DNA from: Ylistrum balloti
Lineage: Eukaryota
Length of the DNA stretch: 64,000 nucleotides
Direction: 5' to 3'
Assembly (NCBI RefSeq): GCF_031769215.1
Contig: NW_026782092.1
Span: 434,001 to 498,000, forward strand
Positions 1-13,169 of the stretch are shown here, piece after piece. The position numbers were made by a program, and so were the translations under genes. Below the pieces are notes generated by a model, which saw only the letters and a program-made list of their open reading frames with translations, did no database searches and was not told the DNA's origin. Within the stretch, counting starts at the first letter, position 1. Each line of letters opens with the position of its first letter.

Positions 1-716
1 GCAAACACATAAAATGTTGTGTCACATATAATACAATTCATTGATAGTGTTGACCATTGTCCATCTGACTCACATGTCGTCTCCGTGTCTCCCTTGGCTA
101 TTAGTCCAGCTTGACAACTGTATGAAAGGACCGTTCCGATAGACCTGTCATTTGAAATAGGAGTTGTAGCATCTACTACAATGGGTGGATCTCCACATTC
201 GACTGGATTCTGACCTTGAATAGTGGTCAGTGCAGCGGTCATCTCCGTGGCCGATACTGTTGTGGATGCTAACTCACTGCTGGTATTATTTAATGTAAAC
301 CAAGAAGCACACTCGGATGTTCCTGTGGACATTTCTACACACACCGATGACTCATCACAAGAATGACCAACACAAGACTTTAAAAGTTGTCCTTCAAACT
401 CCATCAATATCGTTCTTGTTGATGCTATTTCCTCCTGATTGGACGAAGTAGTGATATATGTGTTGTTATCACCAAGGTAACAGTTCAAATGCTCTAGGTT
501 ATATGCCACTGCTTTACAATTTGTCCGTAACAAACACTCTCTTGAACACTGCTGTATGCCAATATGTTCAAATACCAAAAACGCTTCTTGAGAAAGACTT
601 TGTATTATCTCAAATTTGTTGATAATGTCCTGACATCCCTGGCAAGTAATCATTTTGGCATTACTCAGAATTATAAAAACACCAATATATATTAAAAAAT
701 CTCTTGTCCTTTCCAT
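1..716 (-). CDS. Secreted PAN/apple-EGF-like-Thr-rich-CCP(sushi)-C-type lectin protein, family copy 1 (3' end runs off the window)
   Basis: Manual translation from ATG at 716, open to base 1 and absent from the ORF track: MERTRDFLIYIGVFIILSNAKMITCQGCQD...QCSRECLLRTNCKAVAYNLEHLNCYLGDN...SCVGHSCDESSVCVEMSTGTSEC...ECGDPPIVV...YSCQAG...TCESDGQWSTLSMNCIICDTTFYVF. The last residues match the start of the CTL domain of the 8323-9435 paralog. Confidence 0.88.
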   Translation of the reverse strand, partial: MERTRDFLIYIGVFIILSNAKMITCQGCQDIINKFEIIQSLSQEAFLVFEHIGIQQCSRECLLRTNCKAVAYNLEHLNCYLGDNNTYITTSSNQEEIASTRTILMEFEGQLLKSCVGHSCDESSVCVEMSTGTSECASWFTLNNTSSELASTTVSATEMTAALTTIQGQNPVECGDPPIVVDATTPISNDRSIGTVLSYSCQAGLIAKGDTETTCESDGQWSTLSMNCIICDTTFYVF

Positions 717-1296
717 TGTTCCTTGTAGATACAAAGTGGCCACCTAGCCAAGTTTATGCTATCTATTTATTGGTACCTAGCCGCAACTGAGCTATATTGA
801 TTAAATAAAAAAACGCTCACCGATGGGTGATTAATGATCGAAACACTTGCAAGTAACCCAAACGTGTATTGTCTGTAGTCATACAGCTGACTGGAGATGT
901 TTGACTGTAACCATCACAGTGTTAATTAAGGTGGAACGGTTGACGTACTGTGAGAAATAAAAGGTTGTACACAAGACACACAAGTGGAAGTGCACCGTTC
1001 TACATGCAATAAAATAGATTGGTACGATATAATGATTTAAAATGCATAATACACTTGTTTCGTCATTTTAGGACTGTCCGATCAGTTTCGGAGCAAACTA
1101 CTGAAATACTAGGTTGCAGTGCTTCGTATGTTGTGTTACAAATTTAGGAAATTATGTTAATGTTTCAATGAACTATGAAATCGTTGTTTTGGAAGAGAAA
1201 TTTCATGTCAGTATTTAAATCTTAATTGATGAAATTCTGTATACAGGCCGCGGTATCCTGTCTCTCGGCGCTCAGATGTTTAGAATGCGAAACGAG

Positions 1297-1317
1297 GTCA
1301 CGTGACGCATGACGTCA
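1297..1317. promoter_or_regulatory. Adjacent palindromic E-box (GTCACGTGAC) and CRE (TGACGTCA) ~590 bp upstream of family copy 1
   Basis: Exact motifs at 1297-1306 and 1310-1317; function untested. Confidence 0.25.
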
Positions 1318-1656
1318 AAGTCTTTTTTCTGCAATGATGATACTCTATTCACCAAATAAGACACTACTACACAGGTCACACCTTTATTCATTTACAAACG
1401 TTCAAACTTGTTTTAAATTGAAACCCACCTTCGTATATAGTTTTTGTTTACGTAACGATATATAACATGGATTTTTTTTCATGTTTTTGAATGGAAAGCA
1501 ACCAACAACTGGACATATAACATTAATCTTGAACTCCTGCTCAGTGAAAAATACACCCTGTTTGCTTCAGAGTTGAAACATTTTTTTTTAAATTAAAAAA
1601 TAAAAAAAAACAATGATATAAAATTGTAAATGCAAAGACATTTTACGTATTTCTAT

Positions 1657-1830
1657 CGGCCTCGTTGTATACTGATGGACAACAACTCTCGACCATATGG
1701 CGCTAGACTCTGTGAATTGGTATTTCCAAGCAGAAACTATCCGGACCATGTGGACGGGCCTAATCTGTCATCCGACCTTTACCCGACGCGTGGTCAAATG
1801 ACAGGAGCTTGCTGATGCTCTTTGTCAAGT
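1657..1830 (+). mobile_element. Degenerate Tc1/mariner (DD34E) transposase fragment
   Basis: RPRCILMDNNSRPYGARL resembles the Tc1 catalytic segment GPxFILMDDNARPHRAR; a shifted frame downstream gives QELADALCQ, like the Tc1 C-terminal helix. Confidence 0.6.
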
Positions 1831-1902
1831 TTTTTGCCTTATGGTAGAAATACATTTACTTTAGAATGATCCCTAAACTTTTGTGACCTGAATATATGAT
1901 AA

Positions 1903-3956
1903 AGGAGAAGTGCCAATTTAGGCTTTCTGGTGGCCATGACGAATACTTTTTATTTTTTGTCTATTAAAACCTTGAGGTCAGACGGTAATGACTTGACATT
2001 AATCTAAGGTCAGCTCAAGGCTGTTCAGTTGTTATAGGGTCACGAGTGGGGGATAAAATTCATAATTATTGCAATAATTATCAAATTAAAATATTTTTTT
2101 TAGTTTTTTTCTCTTAAATGTCATTTGATGATATATTTCAAAACCTTCATTAGAAAAAATGACCAAAACTTATGCCATTGTTGAAAAGTAGGTCACGGTA
2201 ACTAAGTGCCCTAATTACTAATTAAGTCACACTTGAGCACCGTTTTTTGTCTTAATGCATCTATAAACAATACGTTTATCACGTGCAGTGTATTTATTTG
2301 AAATACTTTTGTATGAATAGGAGCAATGAAGAAGTTACAGTCAGGGTAAGAGAGGCATGCCATTTAAATAGACTAGTTACAATTTAAAGTGCAAGAGCAC
2401 TAGTCACTATCTTATTCCGGTTAATGAAAATGAATATTGAATTATACTGTATGAAAAATTATTTCAAATAATTTTCACAGTATAATAATTCTTCCGTGCA
2501 TTAGTTGTATTCTTGAGCTTTAACATAAGATGGTTTGACACTAGAGCTTTAACATAAAATAGTATGACATCATGACATCTCCCTGATGTATACCTTGTTA
2601 ATGGTCTTGTTTCAAACACTAGCAAACTTCAGTAATCTACAATGCAGTGTATGTAACACATGGTATATCCAGATATATAAGTATACTTTGTTCTGTGCAG
2701 TTCGTACATGTATTGACTTATGCACATATCTTGTGTATCACTAAAATGTTAAATATAATTTCATTCATACAAGAATGACATATATGTAATAGTATTATAG
2801 TATTTTGTTTAGTTTTTATTAACTTTTTGTTATTTTTGTAAAATGCTAGTACACAAACAGTGTACTTGCTGCAAAGCAGATTATGAAGTCAGAATAAATT
2901 GTCTGAATCAGGCAGATGTTCTGTCTTTCGTGAAAGATAACATCAATAAAGATTTATGTTTAGGTGACCCTGTATGTAAGAAATGCAGAGGGAGATTCAA
3001 CAAACACCATGAACCAGTAGAGCATTCTAACAGTGGTTTAGACCATCAGAATGAGACATCTGACTCTAAAAGAATCAAACTTGATATTCCACGAGCTACG
3101 CTTACTGAATCGCGATGTTTCGTTTGTGGAAAGTCCAGAGATGAAAAAAGGTGTACAATCTTTGGATTGAATATTCAAATGGACTGACCCCAATATCAGG
3201 CTGATATTGTCAATGTAAGGTTGAGGCCAGAGTAGTCGGCTGCTGTGCCCACATTGCATCTGTCCTATGGTATCTTTCTTATGACCGACACCAGTCTGAT
3301 ACTGCACGAACAACTGCCTCCTCAAGTTTCCTTAGTTGTGTTGATGACGCAATGACGGTGGAGAACTGTTCAGATTTTGACAGCGACAGTGACTCCTAAA
3401 TGAATATCCCAACACCACCATTCCCCTTACTAAAGCAGTAAACAAAAATACAATCCTGTAAGTAATAGACAAAGGTCATTTATAATCCTGTGAAGCCTGG
3501 TGATAATTTTTTTTCCATTATAATATCACCCATATTTGCAAAAAATATTTCAAATAAATACAATGCACGTGATAAACATATTGTTTATAGATGCATTAAG
3601 ACAAAAAACGGTGCTCAAGTGTGACTTAATTAGTAATTAGGGCACTTAATTACCGTGACCTACTTTTCAACAATGGCATAAGTTTTGGTCATTTTTTCTA
3701 ATGAAAGTTTTGAAATATATCATCAAATGATATTAAAGAGAAAAAACCTATTAAAAAAAAAGATATTTTAGTTTGATAATTATTGCAATAATTATGAATT
3801 TGATCCCCCACTCGTCCCCCTCTATAACAACTGAACAGCCTTGAGCTGACCTTAGATTAATGTCATGTCATTACCGCCTGACCTCAAGGTTTTAATAGAC
3901 AAAAAATAAAAAGTATTCGTCATGGCCACCAGAAGGCCCAAAATGGTACTCCTCCT
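1903..3956 (+). mobile_element. Non-autonomous DNA transposon with ~410-bp terminal inverted repeats and AGG termini (Kolobok-like, tentative), internally deleted
   Basis: About 1903-2312 is the reverse complement of about 3540-3956 (e.g. AGGAGAAGTGCCAATTTAGGCTTTCTGGTGGCCATGACGAATAC vs GTATTCGTCATGGCCACCAGAAGGCCCAAAATGGTACTCCTCCT). The flanks ATAA/TTCG are not a clean TTAA TSD. Confidence 0.85.
2843..3399 (+). pseudogene. Transposase remnant: N-terminal Cys-rich part fused by deletion to a C-terminal SWIM zinc finger; catalytic core missing
   Basis: ORF 2843-3187 (CTCC...CKKC...IKLDIPRATLTESRCFVC); from ~3152 a different frame reads YNLWIEYSNGLTPISG*YCQCKVEARVVGCCAHIASVLWYLSYDRH...DSDSDS* (SWIM CxC...CxH). 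Confidence 0.75.
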
Positions 3957-5399
3957 TTCGGTGTGCGAGAACCAGAAGTCGGTGTTTCGTTTACATTTAA
4001 AGTTTTCATATCTAAAAAAGAGTCCAACATTTTCAAATATTTTACGTTTTCATTTTGCAAGATTTTGAAAGTACATACTTTAATAATTTAAATGATAATT
4101 AAATAATTTGGAACAGTTCGTGCTTATTGAAAAAAATATGATTAAATAATGCACATTGTCTTACACCCATTGCTCGCAGTACTCCGTCACATCACAGGCC
4201 CTAGGGACCTTTTCCTATTTTTAAACGCATGCCCTCAAGGTGCTGCACAAATCACCAAGTGGAGTTTAAATTTGTTCTTTGGAAAATTATCTTGTTATTG
4301 AAAGAGGTCCTTTTCTAGATTTAACAAACAGGAAAATTGTTTGGTTTCGATCGAACTTATCTGAGGCAAGTGTGGATTTCCGACGGAAAGTTGTTTCTGA
4401 TCGGAATAGACTGTGGCATAGTCAATCGCTATACATGTATATGCATATGCATATTCGGCAAAGATAAAGATGACGATGAAGCACAGTAAACACATATTTT
4501 TGCATTGGGTCTATGGTCTATGTATCTAACATACAGAACGGAATTTGGCAACAATTGATCAGTATTTTTGCTTTACAGTTTTACCAACTGATTTTTTTAA
4601 TAACATTTGAATTCTAATGATTTTGTTTGATCACGAAAAAAGGTCTGAAATTAAAGATTAAAGAATACATCATGCCTACCTGTACAGGTTTAGAAGATCA
4701 AATGAAATTACAGTAACATAGATCAGATTTCAAATACATAGGGTGTTGGCCAGAGGAGATTACTGCAGAATTGTCATTGGAAGGGAGGTAACTCTTTCAT
4801 TAACGCTAAAACACTATACAAACGGTAGGTAGACTAAATATAGAATTACTGTAGATTATAGGTATTACGTCCAGGAACACTGTTATAGTTATGTAGTGAC
4901 TGTTACATTCACAGTGTAATTTATAAGTTCTAGTAATAGGTCATGATTTCGACCAAAAATAACTGAGAGTTCTACAGCCCTTCACGTGTGCCTGGCTTGA
5001 TCATACCAATGTTAAACTGAAAGAATACAATCCAGAACTCTTCTTCTCATCAATCAAACAATCAAACTAAGCAGCCCTACCAAATATGTCATACATATCC
5101 ACACAGCTTCCATTCAATTTTGCCTTATAGGATTAGCTGATGCTTTATACACAAAATATATGTATCCGTGAATTTGATTGGTTAGTACGCTTTTACGCCG
5201 GTCAAAACATTTCACAGGATGTATCATGACAAAGTAGTTTAATACGGCTGTATTTGAAAGAGTTTCTGTCCTTTGTTGGTTTCATTATGTGAATCTCCAA
5301 TATCAGTTTTTGACTGATTTCATACAAACATGGTATGTAGGTTTAACCACCATGACAAGGAGTTGTGTTTTATCTGAATGGCAGTGTGAATCAAACTTT

Positions 5400-6620
5400 G
5401 ATTTCACTTTTTAAAAAAGAGGTGCTGTCCTTGCTGTTATCCAAAATGTCTTACGTCCGCGGTCCGTAGCCCGTGGTTCATCCGTGGTATGGACGTTCGT
5501 AAACTCTTATTGTTGTAGGTATCCCGTTAGACGTACCGAATGGATCTTTTACAAAGTGCAAGTATAAATGCCCCCTGACACGTGATGGGGGCACTTATGA
5601 GTCCTGAACTGATCATAAAAACAGAATGGCTGTCAGGCGGCTATTTTTCATTTGGACAAAAACAGGTGTTATTGCTATTTCTTGAGATGAACTGGATGGA
5701 TCTTATCAAATTCCATAGGTAAATGACGAAACCCTTCTTTGGTCTCTCGTTGTGCCCCTTTGATCATGAGTGTGATCAGAAAAACGAAATGGATGACCGG
5801 GTAGCCATCTTGGATTCTTATTTACCGAGAAGTACTATATGAGTCAAATTTCATATGTAGATTCAACTTGATCACTAGTTGTGCCGTCTGATTTTGGGAT
5901 TGATGATAACAAAATGGCCGAAAAGCTACACTATTGAATTAGGGAGTTTAAGAATATTATCGCTATTTCTCAGAGGGAACTTCAAATTTCAGATTCAGAG
6001 CAAAAAAGAGGAGATATTCACCTTTAAAAAGTAAAAAGAAAGATCAGACGATGACGGTCGTCAAGATTCCTGTAGGATCTCTTGTCACCATGTTAATATT
6101 GTCTGGAGACCTACCCTCTCCGTTGTCAACCAATTCCTTTCAAACTTAGTAGTATTTATCATCATAACATGAAACTGTGGGGGTTTTTGAACGGCATCTT
6201 GATCCGACTGTATTTGGGAGAGTTACTGCCCCTTGCTTTTTCTTAACGTTATCATTGATAAAGGTCTCTCTCAGATTTGCACCGATTTTTGTTTTTGCTT
6301 TTAACTTGACAGCTTTTTAATCATGACATGGAATTGTGTTTTCCTTACACAATAATTCGATTCAAAATCGTTGAAGGAGTTTTTTCCTTTTCAAAATATT
6401 TTTTTTTTCTAAACGTAAATTTGCTTCCTCGATTTCACACCAATTTCTCTGGATCTTTTGGAGTTTTTAACTATTTCATGAAATTGTGTATGCCTTCATG
6501 GCATCGTGATTTTACAAATTAAAATGAGTTATTGCCCTTAGTCTTGTTCAATATTTATATTTTGTCCGGATATCTCCTCCCTCAGGTTCAACTTATTTAT
6601 TTGAAATTTAGTACATGCAA
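5400..6620. repeat. Probable decayed bivalve Helentron/HINE-type interspersed repeat
   Basis: GTCCG-type microsatellite-like start, GCCATCTTGGATT and GAGTTA(C/T)TGCCC(C)TT motifs typical of these repeats; boundaries approximate. Confidence 0.3.
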
Positions 6621-7637
6621 TGGAGCGACATCTAGCCTCTAAAACCAGTAATGACTGCGTATGGCTGTAAGTTATTACTGAAAGATCCATGTCAAATCTT
6701 CATCCGAACTAGAGAAATTGATAACCACGTACAGGTCTTAATGGGGAATATGACAAGTGATGGAGATAAATTAAATGTACATGTCTGGGTGATATTTTAC
6801 TACACAAAATGTCAACTTATTAACCACTTAAACACTTTGAATTTCGTCAGAACATTGTATCAGTTCAGTTTTTTTTCTGTTTCAAACATGATCAGCAACA
6901 AAGACTTGTTTAATGGATATTATGTTTGCTTGTTATAAAACGCTTTGGATTCCATGAGACTGAAATGTCAAACTAAATTTGATACATTCTTAAACTCTAT
7001 TTGGGCTTGTGAGTCACACCGGAACAAGATGAAGATACAGAAAATTGTATTAAAATGAAATAATTTAATCGTCTTGATGGAACTGGTTACAATATCATAT
7101 AATTATAAACCGGCCACAGGTTGTCACGATAGCAAAATAATTTACAGAAAAAGGTTGAAGCACATGCTATTTACAATAGCTTCTAATTTTAATGGATGAA
7201 TAGTTTTATCATGTAATGGCAAAATGTATCAGTAAACATTAGAAAAAACAAAAACAAAAAATCAATGAAAATATCAAAAATAAATATTATCATTTAACAA
7301 ACCCCAGTAAAAGCAGAAATAAATGAAATAACAATAACATGTTAATGATAAACCTTTGCCGGAAATTACAATAATATTATTATACCACATATATTCCTAT
7401 ATACATAATCACAGCTTATTCCATATAGATGGTGGATTAATCGTATCAGCTTGTACGGATCATTATTGCCAGCTAGGATGGAAGTGGGAGTAATCATACT
7501 GTATGATGTCGCCGGATTTCCGGTAAATGTCTAGATATATTTCTACGCAGTTGTCATCGACAAGCTTATATAAAGTATAAATAAACGGATAATAATAGCT
7601 TAGCTACAACAGGTAATCCATCTAAAGCTTTGACATA

Positions 7638-7789
7638 CTGTCGAACCTCGTTATCTCGAACTCCTAGAACTCGAAGCATTTAGTATGTCCCAGTCAAACA
7701 TCACACAAAACATAAGAATTCACTGAAATAGAATCCTCGTGTATCTCGAATTTTCCAACCGTCGACTTCGAGATAACGAGGTTCGACTG
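7638..7789. mobile_element. ~150-bp MITE, Tc1/mariner (pogo/Tigger-like) termini
   Basis: TIRs CTGTCGAACCTCGTTATCTCGAA ... TTCGAGATAACGAGGTTCGACTG with TA on the left flank. Confidence 0.8.
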
Positions 7790-8322
7790 CAGGATAAAAC
7801 ATCATCTCATAGTCATGAAAAGTACCTTGAAATTGAACAGCAACCTTAACCACTTCTTTCCAGCTTTATGGTATTTTTAAATTGATTCCGAAGCAAAAAA
7901 CGCAAAAGGAAACATAGCACTTAGATTTTCTATCGTTTGACAATCGATCTGAGATTGATTGGTTTTCATTATTTCCAGACTAAAGGTGTATTGATCACAC
8001 ACACTACACCGGTATTCATTTAATCTGATTGATCCACAGAAAGATTATTCACGTCTTTGGTATTTCGAAGTATTGGTGCGAATGACGAGATTACATATAG
8101 AAAGCGTTGCTTTCATTTGTTCAGAATACTCTGTTTTTCCCGAATATTTTGATAATGAAAATATTTGATCCAAACAATTCCATATTTCTCTTTTCAACAA
8201 TTCAAATACTCAATATATTGGGAATAAGAAATATATGAAAGTGTATTAATGAAGTATGCATTATATATATATATATTTGTCGACAAATGGTAAATAAATC
8301 GATGAGATAGAAATTGACACCT

Positions 8323-9435
8323 CTACAGTTGCTCGCATACACTAAACTTTTCTTTAGTACACTGTATATCTAGGGTTTTACCGAGATCTGACCGTAAACT
8401 CAAGCAGTTTGTATCACCGAGTGAGGGGGCACCGGTTGTGAACAGGTCTATATTCACCATCGTACCGTCGGAATATACCCAGGTACCGTCTACTTCCTCG
8501 TCCGTCCCATCCACATATACTTGCACATTGAGATTGGTAACAAGGGTGGCTATTTTTTCACTGGTGTCAACTTTCGCTAGTTTACCTCCCATGCTGTTAC
8601 AATGAAGAATGGCATTCTCATAATTATTTCGCTGAGAATCTTCAATTCGATAGCAGAAATTTACACGTTCATCAAACACGAAGTAGTTTGTATCACATAC
8701 CGTGCAAAGAAGTGACATTGCCGACCATTGTCCATCTGTCTGACACCACGTGTCCGGATTTCCTTTCGTCACTCTTCCACTCTGACAACTGTATGTGAGG
8801 ACCGTTCCAACTGACCTATCTGGTGTATTGGGAGTCGTAGCGCCTATCACAGTTGGCGGATTTCCACACTCGACCGGATTCCGACCTTGAGTAGTGGTCA
8901 GTTTAGTGGTCAACCCTGTGGTTGATAAGGATGTCTGTGTGGATGTTACTCTTGTTGTATCTAATTTGCATTCCTTTGTCACAGTCGTTTGAATATATGA
9001 ACAGTTTGTTTCCAACCAGGGCAAGCACTTTGAATTTCCATTAGACAACTCCACACATAAAGACGACAAATCACAGGAATGACCAGCACACGATTTTAAT
9101 AGTTGTGTTTCAAAATGCATTAACCTCGTTCTTGTTGATGCTACTTCCTCCTGGTTGGACGAAGTAGTGATATATGTGTCGTTATCACCAAGGTAACAGT
9201 TCATATTCTCTAGGTTATATGCCACTGCTTTGCAATTTGTCCGTAATAAACATTCCCTAGTACATTGCTGTAGGCCAATATGTTCAAATACCAAAAATAC
9301 TTGCTGAGGCAGACGTTGTTTTACTTCAAATTCTGTGTTTATGAAGTTGTCCTGACATTTTTGGGATATGCATGTTGACATCCCAATAAATATAACTATG
9401 ATTCGAAACAATCTTGAGATTCCCATCCTCAACAT
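8323..9435 (-). CDS. Secreted PAN/apple-EGF-like-Thr-rich-CCP(sushi)-C-type lectin protein, family copy 2, complete, single exon, 370 aa
   Basis: Signal-peptide-like N-terminus; PAN-type CTRECLLRTNCKAVAYNLENMNCYL; SCAGHSCDLSSLCVELSNGNSKC; Thr-rich linker; sushi CGNPP...YSC...WCQTDGQW...C; CTL CY...NYENAILHCNSMGGKLAKV...VYVDGTD...GTWVYSDG...C...C...VCE. Confidence 0.92.
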   Translation of the reverse strand: MLRMGISRLFRIIVIFIGMSTCISQKCQDNFINTEFEVKQRLPQQVFLVFEHIGLQQCTRECLLRTNCKAVAYNLENMNCYLGDNDTYITTSSNQEEVASTRTRLMHFETQLLKSCAGHSCDLSSLCVELSNGNSKCLPWLETNCSYIQTTVTKECKLDTTRVTSTQTSLSTTGLTTKLTTTQGRNPVECGNPPTVIGATTPNTPDRSVGTVLTYSCQSGRVTKGNPDTWCQTDGQWSAMSLLCTVCDTNYFVFDERVNFCYRIEDSQRNNYENAILHCNSMGGKLAKVDTSEKIATLVTNLNVQVYVDGTDEEVDGTWVYSDGTMVNIDLFTTGAPSLGDTNCLSLRSDLGKTLDIQCTKEKFSVCEQL

Positions 9436-10615
9436 GTATCAAAATGCATTCGTACACGAGTGAGTCAGATGGTCATCCTTAAACAAGTAGATAAGCTTAC
9501 AATCATTTGTGACTGTGGCGTTAATGTATTGATTCTAAAGTAACCAACCAATGGAAGGTATAATAGACCTTAGGAACAATTCCTGACGACAATAATCATA
9601 GGAATTAGTGTCATACCCTTGCATGTTTTTCATTTCAAATCCCTGGAACATTGTGACATGGCTCTAATCTTCAAAGCAATCAACCTTGTAAGGAAAATGG
9701 TATTTTCTTTGATATCCAGTGTGCATTATAAGTACTTTGGCTTTTGCCCAAATTCTCGTTCCAAATAATATTAAGAATGAGAGTTAGGCGGTTAACTGAT
9801 TTCAAAGTGATATGGTTGGCAATTGTATCAATTGATTCCTGTCAACCAATTGTAAGAACTATCGACTTTGTGAGCAAAACAAAAACCATCGATATATCAT
9901 GCGACATTTTACATGTGTGTATCAACATAGTTGTATTCATATTACCTTCAACTTCAGCATGGCTTCACACACGTACCCATGCTCGAACGTACACACATTT
10001 AACGTAATTATTATAATTGCCTTTTACCAACGAGCATAGTAAATAAGAGATGTTAATTACATATTTTGACTATAATGTTAGGCATAAAAACAATATCATA
10101 TAAAAATGAATAAACTATTTACGAAACGAAAAAATGCTTCTTCTCTTTTTATTCTTGATAAACGTCAAATCCATTGGTCCATGTTGAAGTAGTCATTATG
10201 ACGTTACATACCTGTTTGTCAATCAATGTGTCAGTAAAACTTTTTGGATATAGGAGTTATATCATTTGAAAATCGATAGAGTGTCAGCAAATAAGGTCTA
10301 TACTCTTTGACTTCTAGAAAAGACACATAATTCTACTATTACACATCTACATGTTATTTTCGAATGTGATTTTTCATTGTAAGAAAAATCATTTAGATAG
10401 CATGAAAGTCAAGGAGTGAAGTTTGATATACTTATCTGTTTATTTCAAATGGGCATGTACCTATTTTATAAAATCATATGCCGTTTTTGAAAATAGAAAA
10501 AAAAATGAACCCTAAATAACAGCCTTGATAGATAATTTACTTTAAGAAAAATAAGTTAACAGTAGACAAGGCAGATATCACAGTACTGTACATAACATAT
10601 ATTATAACTCAATCC

Positions 10616-11055
10616 CTACCTTATTTTTTCTAATTCTAATTTTAATGTACAACGAAAGAGTTCTGTTTCAATTTCTGGAACGTGACGAATAACATTATCC
10701 CCTTTTAGGAAATAGTTTTCTATTCTAGGAAATCCTTTAATCTGATCCTGTCCCAGGATAGTAGTCAACTGCTCTAGAATATGAATACAGCTGTCACGTT
10801 TATGACTATCGTCGTCGGTATCGTTTGGCCAGCTATCGAACTGATGAAGCATGAACATCTTTAGATGGTAGCTACATAATTTCTTGATCTTCTCGTCGTG
10901 TTCTCTTTTTGTCTCCTCCAGCAGAGTCTTCAGGAAACGAAAAATAGGTTTTCTGATGCTTTTATCATTTCCACGATTTGCGTGAAGAATCAGCTGCTTC
11001 TCTGCTGCTGAAAATGAAATCCTCCACAAAAGTTTTCTTTCTTGTTCGGGATAAT
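10616..11055 (-). CDS. cGAS-like receptor (Mab-21/cGLR), last coding exon (C-terminal helical lobe)
   Basis: LWRISFSAAEKQL, FLKTLL, LCSYHLKMFMLH, IENYFLKGDNV are Mab-21/cGAS C-terminal motifs; acceptor TTATTGTAG|AT in phase 1; TAG stop at 10616-10618. Confidence 0.9.
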
Positions 11056-11653
11056 CTACAATAACAACCAAAAGACCATCTTTTCAACATAATCTAAACT
11101 CAAATCGATTAAAACTATAGTAAAATATGCACAAAAGAAGGATTTACACGGAGACTACTGAAAAAGCACACGGATAATATGACAAAGTGTTTCGGAAGAG
11201 TTAACGTCTTCTGTTTCAACCGTCATGAGAATTTTTCGTAAATCTATGTAACTGTTGTCACGTTTTTAATGGAGAATACAGTAAGAAAGTAACAAAATAT
11301 TACAACAAAAACTGATTTTTTCCCCACTGGTTGCTGTAAACAACTTTCTTCCATGAAAGATATAAAGTGAATTATCTTTTCCTATTCTCCTGGGTTTTTT
11401 TTCAGTATATTTAACAATTATCTTTAATTCTACCCACAGAAACCTTCATTAAACACCAGTAAGATAATTACATTTTTGAATTAAGACGAAACATTTCTTT
11501 TTGACTGATGTACAGATTAATTAATTTTGTATAAATTAGCATTAGTTCAAATCAGTATCAAAATCAGTCACGTGGTGTCTGAGTATTTTCATTTTAGCAC
11601 AGTTATTGCCAATGTTCCAACACATAGATAAAATTGTTGATAGCGATACTTAC

Positions 11654-11869
11654 CGGTCTCTGGACACGATTTAGCGACAACGTGGATTTTTTCCTTACAT
11701 TTATTCCACAGCTCATCGCTGTGGATCCAGTTTGGTGGCTTCTGTCTAAACTGTTTCGGCCAACCTCTGACTTCGATGCTTGGAACTAGATCAATGTCAA
11801 TAATTGGTTGTCCTCCTCCCGGGTTGTATAATATGGTATACGCTGGACTGTCCATGTCTTTTTTCTTTC
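11654..11869 (-). CDS. cGLR coding exon with third catalytic Asp
   Basis: DSPAYTI...IDIDLVPSIEVRGWP...HVVAKSCPET; acceptor TTTATGTCAG|GA, donor G|GTAAGT; 216 nt, phase 1-1. Confidence 0.9.
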
Positions 11870-12535
11870 CTGACATAAATTAAGAAACATTTTGGGTTTT
11901 TGTTAACAATAGATACAATGTTAACTTTAGGGCGAAACAAACATGAATTCTCAACTTTTAAAGTCCATTTTGATGATGTGCATGAAAACCCTTTAAATGA
12001 CATCATGTAGTTTAAGTCATTTGGTTATGATGATGATGCCTGTTATAATAACATTTGATAGTGTTGTGTATGTGAATTCAGTAGTGGTGGTAAGGACGTT
12101 GGATTAATAACATCAGGCTCACAGTCATTGTATATTGATTGTTGGATTGATGCATGGTTAAATGATCTGATACCTGATGGATGTACATGGTGGAATACAC
12201 AACTGGTAGTTTTGTGTATGCTCGTCGGTGTGATTAGTAGGTAAATATATTTACCCAAGAATTTTGTGAAGGTACTACATGTGTTGGTGTTTGTGGGTGG
12301 GTGTGTGCGGTTTTTTTTCTTTAAGGGTTGGTGGTAAATAATGTTTCTTAATAACGTGATGAATTAAGATTGCCCATTGAATGTCAAAATCTACAAAAAA
12401 ATTAAAATTCACGAACATTAACCTTTTTCACAGAATAATTATCGACACAAAATACAATTAAAGCAGGATATATATATATATCTTCTTTATGTGTAACGGC
12501 TAAAAGGGGAAGGGGATAAACAATACATTTCCTAC

Positions 12536-12752
12536 TTGTCACATTCCTACTATTAGCTGCCTCGGCAAATTCGTGGAACGCCAATGTTTTAAACTTTACA
12601 GGGTCCAGGAATTCTCCTGTCATCAGTTCAACTCGGTTTGTTTTTCTGAGGCCGATTTTGCAGAAGCCCTTTGGCATATCATTGTTCCATACAATATAAG
12701 CATCCATGCCCGTGGGTGATATCATAAAGTCGAATTCGTCGGGACTCATATT
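12536..12752 (-). CDS. cGLR coding exon with PDEFD catalytic motif
   Basis: NMSPDEFDFMI...GFCKI...FLDPVKFK; acceptor TTATTCAG|AAT phase 0; donor A|GTAGGA is weak (an alternative phase-1 donor lies 12 nt earlier). Confidence 0.85.
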
Positions 12753-13169
12753 CTGAATAATAAACGAATAGATACTGGTTATCGTAAACTCGTTGTGTAT
12801 CTGATTTATAAATATGTATGTTTACAAAACTAAGAACAAGCTATGCCGCAAATGAAAATGCAATTATTACTCAATCATGTGTTACTTAAACATTTGTTAA
12901 ATGGCATTGAAATACTAAAAGTAAAATTATCCATTATCTCTGGAAAAAGTTACTAACCATAACCAAATCAGACCTTGACCGGTATGTTATATGTATTTAA
13001 CTGCAAAGCAAAATATAGTTCGTTTTATGTATCTTTTAAAAGGTAAATGAGCGGAAACGAAACTACAATGCACATTATGAAGCCTGGTAAGCTTATACAA
13101 ACACCTGATATCCTGCACTCTCACTCCGATTACTTATATTTATTGCAATGCAAAGCAAATATCGCTTAC

